A stretch of 61,819 nt of DNA, the filler included, from Bipalium vagum (taxonomy: Eukaryota): NCBI GenBank assembly GCA_037834085.1. It is 3 parts of 3 records of this genome, joined end to end, with 100 filler letters (N's around TTAATTAATTAA, not from the genome) between each part and the next. Parts side by side here need not be neighbours in the genome. Positions count along the whole stretch, not along the records: positions 44,015 to 61,819 come from JBBMKC010050160.1; 2 more parts are not named here. One strand, written 5' to 3'. This document shows positions 55,031 to 61,819 of the stretch, piece after piece (position 1 is the first letter of the stretch; each line of letters opens with the position of its first letter). Both the position numbers and the translations under genes were made by a program. The notes below the pieces were generated by a model that was not told the origin of the DNA, searched no databases, and saw only the letters and a program-made list of their open reading frames with translations.

Positions 55031-55339
55031 ATATGTAATACTACTTTCCCCTGTTCCTATCTTTATTATTTCCGATATTTTCTTCTTACAATTAAAAAAA
55101 TTATCATTGACTTTTATTTAATGTGAAATAATTTTATTAAATTTTCTTAATATTATCAACTGAAAATAATTTAATCATATTTTAATAAAATATAAATAAA
55201 TTATTTTATGATAATAATACTTCATATAGAATATATAATCATAGTCATTTAATTTTTATATTTTTTAATATATTCTTTTGAAAATGTTGAGATTTAAATT
55301 CTATAAAAAAAATTATAAAATTAAAAACTTTAAGATGTA

Positions 55340-55698
55340 CCGTGGCTTTCCGAAAATAAGCCCTTCCTATAATAAGCCCATGGGTGTATTATCGGAAGGG
55401 CTTATTTTCGAAAAAAAAAACTTAAAATTAAATTATGCTTTTTTTCAATATTAAAATTTGTTTTAATACTTTAAAAATTAGTAAATAAATAGCGTATTAT
55501 GATGAATTCTTCAAAATCATTTGAAAATGAAATGCTGTCAATCGATGAAAATGATGAAATCGACTTTATTTCGAATGTTTAATCTGATGGCAATCATTTA
55601 AAACAATAAATTACTATTTGAATTTTAACTATATTTAATAAAGATAAGAATTTTTATTTTTGAAAATATGCCCAGGGCCTATTTTCGGAAAACCCCGA
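55340..55698. mobile_element. TA-flanked MITE (pogo/Tc2-type TIR)
   Basis: TA|ccgtggctttccgaaaataagccct ... agggcctattttcggaaaaccccga|TA; internal inverted copy of the TIR core (aagggcttattttcg). Confidence 0.8.
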
Positions 55699-56032
55699 TA
55701 ATATATATAATTTTTATTAATTAATGAAAATGTAAAATAAAGAAAAAGCAATAATCAATATTGATTTCTGATTTCTCCATTGTGCGTGTTAATTTCAAAT
55801 TTTTTTCTTTTGATTATCAATGACTCACAACTTTTTCTTTAACCATAGTTATTGAAATTAAACATTATCACTGTAAACGTAACTGTAACTCCGTATTTTC
55901 TTTTTCCGATCTTTGGACTAACGTAAAAAGAATTGATAATTATAATTTTTGGAGAGAACTCTGTTTAAATTATAATAAAATGATATTTTAAATAACTATT
56001 ATTAATTTAATAATAATTTTTCTTTTTAACAG

Positions 56033-56079
56033 ATGAAATGGGGCGTCTTAAAGAAGTAATCGAGAGTTGGAAAGAATGA
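56033..56079 (+). CDS. unassigned exon phase-compatible with 52100-52194 (terminal exon or 23-nt microexon)
   Basis: ctttttaacag|AT GAA ATG GGG CGT CTT AAA GAA, then either donor gtaatc at 56056 or read-on VIESWKE* to TGA. Confidence 0.45.
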
Positions 56080-56689
56080 AGCGTTATGATTTATTTTATC
56101 CTTTTGACTTAAACGTGTTTATCTCCATGAATGTTGGTTATTACTTTACTTCATGGACACTGTCGAGATAGATATGAATACGAAATTTATTATTGTAGAT
56201 GTAATAATTGAATAAATAGCATTAGGACTTTATTATTATTAATATTATTAATAATAATATTTTTTAATATTAGTATTATTAATCTTATTATTATCATCAA
56301 TAGTATTAATATTAACATTATTATTAAGGCTGTTATTATTAATATTATTATTAGTTTTGTCTAAAACCAACCTATTCTTGTAGATAAAACTTACTAGTTT
56401 TTGCTGTGTTATCTCTAATCTGAGTAAAACAATTTATTGATAATTACTTTCCAGACCGAAAAAGCAAAAATTTCAGAGGTAAATTTAGGTACATACAGTA
56501 ATGAGAATCATGATTCTTTATAATGAGTCTTGGTTGAAGTAGACCTCAAAGCTCACCTCTCTGTACAAAATAGAACTAAAATATCATTGAAAACCCATAG
56601 GTTGAATTGCACCACTGTTAGTGATATTTGTAATTCAGTCAATAAAACTGAATGATGTGCTATGGGTTAAAGAAGATGGTTTTTAAAAC

Positions 56690-57350
56690 AAAAGGACAAT
56701 CGTTTCTAGAGATACACAAAATTATTTATTCAAAGAAAATAATATTACCTAGCCATTCATTTCTCCAATCTTTTTTTTTAATTTATGCATAGTGACCCAA
56801 GAGAATTTCCCTCGCTTTCAGTCGAACCATTTAGAAACACAGTTTTTGACATTTTAAGAAGTTTGAAATGCTGCTCAGACGCCGTTGACCGAAACAGGTG
56901 AAAATTTTAAGGAGCAAGATCTGGCGAATAAGACGGGTGGGTGAGTGATTCCATGTTCATATCCTTTGACATGTTTGTAACTGCATTGGAAGTGTGAAAC
57001 TGTGGAATGTCATGAACAAAAATCACGTTGTAATGTCTTTGAGCCCATTCTAAACGTTGATTACAAGACTAATTAATTTTTGATAGCTCTCGAATTTAAC
57101 AGTTTCAACTGATTTTGATGACCTATTTGTTCACTCCTTTTTTATCAATGTAGAACATTTTCTTTACCAAAGAGTTATGGTTTTACAGTCTGTTTTGGAG
57201 TTTCACGTGGGTAACCAATGACTTAAAGCGTAATTTTTATAATAAACCTTAATTTTCAACTAAAAACATCAGACATTATTAATACTTTTGATTTCCAGTT
57301 ACCTTTCATTCAATTGATAACGGGCCCACTTCCTTCTTTTGAGCGTATCA
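56690..57350 (-). mobile_element. degenerate mariner (mauritiana/Mos1-like)
   Basis: EWAQRHYNVIFVHD, THPSYSPDLAP*NFHLFRS, EQHF and MHKL motifs. Confidence 0.8.
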
Positions 57351-58385
57351 TGAAATCGTACATATATAAGTTGCTGAGTGCAGATTATCTTCTGGAAAGT
57401 TGTTTTTTTATACTGGCTGACATATTTATCCAATAATTTTTCTAAATTTAGTTCTTCAGTTTTGTTCTTTATCTTTTATTTTATTTTTTTTCTGTAGCGG
57501 TTAAACTCACATATATCTTGAGATCCTACATATTTTCCAAAAATGATAATAAAGAATACGGTACCCTTCTGTACCATTTTTGTTCATCATAAGCTGATAA
57601 ATAAGAAACTCCAACAAATAATCTTGGCTTGAGATAAATAAAGGTATGTTTAAATTTAAATATCTTGAATATATTACAGGTTTGATTCATTACTCCAGCA
57701 AACAGCGATTATTAAAACAAAATTGATTTGAATTGAATTGCAATACCATGTCAGTGAATCGATTTAAATAAATCTGTATTATTTACCTGTAAACATTTTA
57801 TATTGACAAAAGTTTCATGTTGAGGAAACAAATTAATCAAAAGAAACTTGTGGTAATATAGACATTTAATATTTCAAAATTGTTTATCACACCTTAAAAT
57901 GAGGTATTTGAAGCAAAAATGTGTATGTTTACAAATTTCTAAATTTCGTGTGATTTACCTTGCTTATCTAATTTCCCAAAAACAAATATCAAGATTAAAA
58001 GTTGGACTGACCCAGTACCAGGTAGTCCTTCTTTCGCCAATTTCAAAGTACCAAGTAACTAAAAAAGATCAATAAAATTCGAAACATCGTTGGGTGAAGT
58101 ATATAGCGTACTGTCTTAAATTTTAATACAAAAAAGAGAATTTCAGCAACAATATTCTTAATATGTATTCTTATACATATTACACAATAAAGGAACAAAT
58201 TGTATCAATTACGTCTGATGTAACAAAAGTTAAAAAAGAATACAGTCAAATCCCCATTAGGGTCAGACTTTGTTTCTTAAAACCGGAGTATATGCTTAAA
58301 TATAGTGAGGCGTTACACAATCAAATAAAGGAAACAAATGTAAATTATTATTATATGTTAATAATTACTATTATATCTCAATAAT

Positions 58386-58870
58386 GTAACTTGCGCTCGT
58401 CTACCAGTCACTTCTCACTTTAATAAAGTTGTGCTCTTAACCTAATTAACCTCAGTTTAAATCAAAATCCTTACAATAAAACTTTATTTATTGAATCAAA
58501 ACACTCACGATAATACTCTATCCGCACCCTGATTGAATTAAAGCAAATCACAATAAAACTTTATTGTAGTCACATCTACCACCCAAAATAACAATTTAAA
58601 TCAATCCATTACAAAACCAACGCCAATCGATTGTCTGATAACTCGAGTCAATATAAGCGAATGTTAGAATAAGATAGGATATTCAAAAGAAAAATATTAA
58701 ATCAATAATAATCATAAAAGCAAAACTGAATATAATCGATAAAAATAAAATCAAGTAAATAACTTCAACAGAACAACAAGGGGTCTCGGGTCGTCCACTA
58801 GGCCCTTTTCAGGTTGTCTAGGGATTCCCAAGTTCATTGGGTCCCCTTGTGTAATCCTGTTGCATAACCA
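58386..58870 (-). mobile_element. probable solo-LTR-like dispersed repeat
   Basis: TGTAAC boundary, AATAAA on the minus strand, and homology to 11990-12090 and 13090-13520. Confidence 0.55.
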
Positions 58871-59527
58871 TATCGCACGAAAAAAAAACTGAAAAGCAAG
58901 TACAATTTGTGCAAAAGTCACTCGAAAATGACAAGACAGTTGACATCATACCTGAATATGAGTAAAGACACTCTTGATTATATACAGGTTTGATTGTTTA
59001 GACAATAATGATTTACAAAATACTTGAGAAAACTGAAAAATCAATTAATTTTATTTCTTCTTTCTTGAAGAAGACCTATAAATAATCTTCCTTTTAATTA
59101 TTGATTATTCGATTTGGTATACATCAAATATTGATTTTCCCTAGCTTGAGGCTTATAAGTTATTGTTAAATGAAGATAACAAGGTTTTAGAGATCAACGA
59201 GTATTCGGAATTGAAAAATAATGCTAAATAAGAATTCAAGTTTCTGATGAATTACTAATACGATTCACTAATAAGCCTACATCATAACCTTCACCATTCA
59301 ACCAACATGATACTGCGGTGGACATCTGATATAAAGGGTATTGAATGGATTTAATAACAAGAGATAGAACTGCAAAATTCAAATCATTACGATAAAGTAA
59401 GCAATTGAAAATAAATATATATCCAAAGGTCACTGGCCACTTGTGATAGAGTACATAAAGTGATGAATAGGTCATTTTGTGACAATATTTTTAGAACTAT
59501 TTTTTATCACTTCACCGAATTCTTTCA

Positions 59528-61025
59528 ATGAACATTCCACCAAATAACTTCAGACCTCTTCAACTTGTATCTTCATCGAAGGGTCCGGCAAAAATATATC
59601 GATCAACCGAAGTATGTGAAGAACATCATACGATTCTTCAATGGTTAACTGAAACCGTCGGAATCAAATCTTACATAGACTTGAGATTAGAGGCAGAACT
59701 TTCTCCTTTGGGTCTTATGGACGAATATTTCATTAGCAGAGAACCTCGAGAAATGAGTTTGGAACAGCTGTCAAAAGACTCTCTTCAGACAGATAAGAGA
59801 TACAGATACCATGTACCATTATCTATTTTAAACATTCAGAATATTTTGAACTATTCAATGATCGAATACTATTGTATGATATTGGACCAATGTAAAGACC
59901 ATTTCAAGGTCTTATTTTCCGTTATGTTGAATGAAAACTGTTTCCCCATCTTAATAACCTGCAAACTTGGTAAAGATCGCACTGGGGTGGTCGTAGCCAT
60001 GGTCATGCAACTGTCTGGGGTTAGTGACCAAACAATAATAAACGACTATGTGTTGAGTGAGGTAAATATTTAATTATTTTATTAATTTTTTAGTTCGTTT
60101 CTTTAAGGAGATTTTCATTCCTAATTAAGTTTAAGTGATATATTATATGAATGTGAATATATTTATGAAACTCTACAAGAGAAAAGATAAACGTCATCAA
60201 GATCTTAGTTTTTAAATGTTACACGACTTATCCCAAAGGTGTTCCAGTTGACTACCACCTTTAGAGGGTTGTGAATCCCTAGGATAAACGTCATCACTTT
60301 ATTTAACTGGAAAATGAAGTAATGAATGCAAGAAAATTACAAAATGAGTTTTGTACAAGAATAATAATCATCTTACACTATTAACTAGTAGTACTAACGT
60401 GTAACCTCTAGTTGATTAGGCCTAGGGCACTTCATGGGAATACTTGTGTTTAGCATCTTTAACCTTACTTTTTATTTTTGAAATCTCAGATTACGAGACA
60501 AGAGAGTATTTCTACCTGTCTATCGATAGTAGTCAGGGGTTTTCTAGGGTCTATATTTTCCAGGCAAAAACTATCTTTGCAGAATTATTGTAATTACAGA
60601 TTTCGGAAAAACCTCGTTCTCACAGTATGTCTTTCAGAGAAAAATAAGTTTGAATTACTGTTTGATGGAACTATAAACAAATTAACAACTATCTAACAAT
60701 ATTTCAAATATTCGCAAAAAGTGATTCAAATAAACAAATGCCGTTATCAATTATCAATTTGTTAATAAACGAGAATTTTAAATTGAAAAGAACTGATATG
60801 AAAATCTTCGAAGAATAAATGAAACTGAATGAGAACTTTGATATCTTTTATCTTAAAACATTTTTTAGAAAAATAATTGATAAAATGATGATATCTTTCA
60901 TTTAGAAGTCTTATCTCCATTTCAAAGAAAAGGTACCCGAAGGTGTGGAGGATCTGAATAATGAAATTCTTATTAGTTCTCCTCAAACAATGGAGGAGTT
61001 TTTAGCATATCTGCAGGAAAAGTAA
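59528..61025 (+). CDS. IphP/MptpB/LipA-type tyrosine/lipid phosphatase (Y_phosphatase3 family), 2 exons, ~217 aa
   Basis: Exon 1 59528-60061: NFR, IYRS, GIKSYIDLR, HVPL, P-loop ILITCKLGKDRTG, LSGVSDQTIINDYVLSE|gtaaat. Exon 2 60906-61025: ttag|KSY...SPQTMEEFLAYLQEK*, phase 0. A donor at 61022 could instead extend the gene. Confidence 0.88.
60217..60406. mobile_element. small element with inverted termini (solo-LTR/TRIM-like) in the phosphatase intron
   Basis: tgttacacg ... cgtgtaac; gataaacgtcatca is repeated at 60186 and 60283. Confidence 0.35.
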
Positions 61026-61401
61026 TTTTTTTTTCGATTTTATAAAACAGTTTATTTTTAAATGTTTACTATACATTTTTACAATATTGAAAATACAAGA
61101 ACAAAGGATTTTTTTAGAGTTACATGACAATTGTGTCATTTTATACAGATGACAGCCCTAAAGGCAACTGAGAAAAAAAATGTTCAATCAGTTTTAATAA
61201 GGCACACAAACAGAGTAATAAAATTAAAACTTGAAGATTCAAATAATAAGCTTTATTCCCTTTTTATTCCCTCTTCTTAAACCCAATTGGAAACATTTTT
61301 TTCAAGTGGAAGAATGTAATTTGTGATGGTCAATCAAACATCGAACCGCAATTGATACGCCTGGTGGCACCAGATTACAACGGGTGCCCGCTTGGAATTC
61401 T

Positions 61402-61469
61402 TCAGAAATATGTTTTCATTTCTTCCAAAAAGGCATCAAAGAAATTCAAATTATCGATGCTTGATGAAA
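61402..61469 (-). CDS. probable last coding exon of an unidentified convergent gene
   Basis: atattacag|..SSSIDNLNFFDAFLEEMKTYF*, followed by two minus-strand AATAAA signals at ~61252-61268. Confidence 0.4.
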
Positions 61470-61819
61470 CTGTAATATTGATGTAAATACACTGTCTGTT
61501 TCTAATTACAAGGAGCAAATCAGAAATATAATTTTAAAAATAAAAAATAAAAAATGGAATATGATAATTTAAAAAAGGACCTGTCAAACTCTGTACTTAT
61601 TTAACTATGAGGAAACTTATAAATAAATTCTATGGTAGACGTTCTCAGTTTATCATTTGGAAGGTGTACTTAGTTACGCTTGTGTGTTTCGATTTTTAAC
61701 TTTTAAGCTGATTGTGTTGTCTCTGTTAAAGCAAATTAAAAAGTTATTAATCTAAATGATATTCTTCGTGGTCATCAATGACTTCTACCGTAACTTTGAT
61801 GTTCTTAATCTAACGGTTT

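Noticed and set aside
60762-60986. 74-aa minus-strand ORF
   Set aside because: Antisense to phosphatase exon 2 and its intron.
1-61819. CRISPR arrays, prokaryotic operons, rRNA or intact tRNA genes
   Set aside because: No regularly spaced repeat-spacer structure or intact RNA gene was seen; the sequence is spliced eukaryotic DNA.

Overview
Very AT-rich, intron-containing eukaryotic (animal) DNA, not prokaryotic. Short 44-70 nt introns mixed with kb-sized ones, (AAT)n tracts and many mariner relics suggest a triclad flatworm, but that is inference. Two artificial 100-nt spacers (N..TTAATTAATTAA..N; 23940-24039 and 43915-44014) split the window into three blocks that may not be adjacent in the genome. 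Block 1 holds a 10-exon partial ANKRD13C-like gene (-), whose most 5' exon has no ATG, and the first 5 exons of an SLC4 Na+/HCO3- transporter (+); LTR and pogo debris lie between them. Block 2 has no gene I can recognise, only decayed DD37E-like, hAT, mariner, Tc1-superfamily and Tigger elements plus GC-elevated non-coding patches. Block 3 holds PDE4/dunce UCR2 exons with a candidate 'super-short' alternative first exon and no catalytic exons in the window, an intron-containing IphP/MptpB-type (Y_phosphatase3) phosphatase, and a probable convergent last exon. Most ORFs in the supplied track are spurious or TE fragments; the real genes appear only after manual splicing. All family assignments come from recalled motifs, not database searches.
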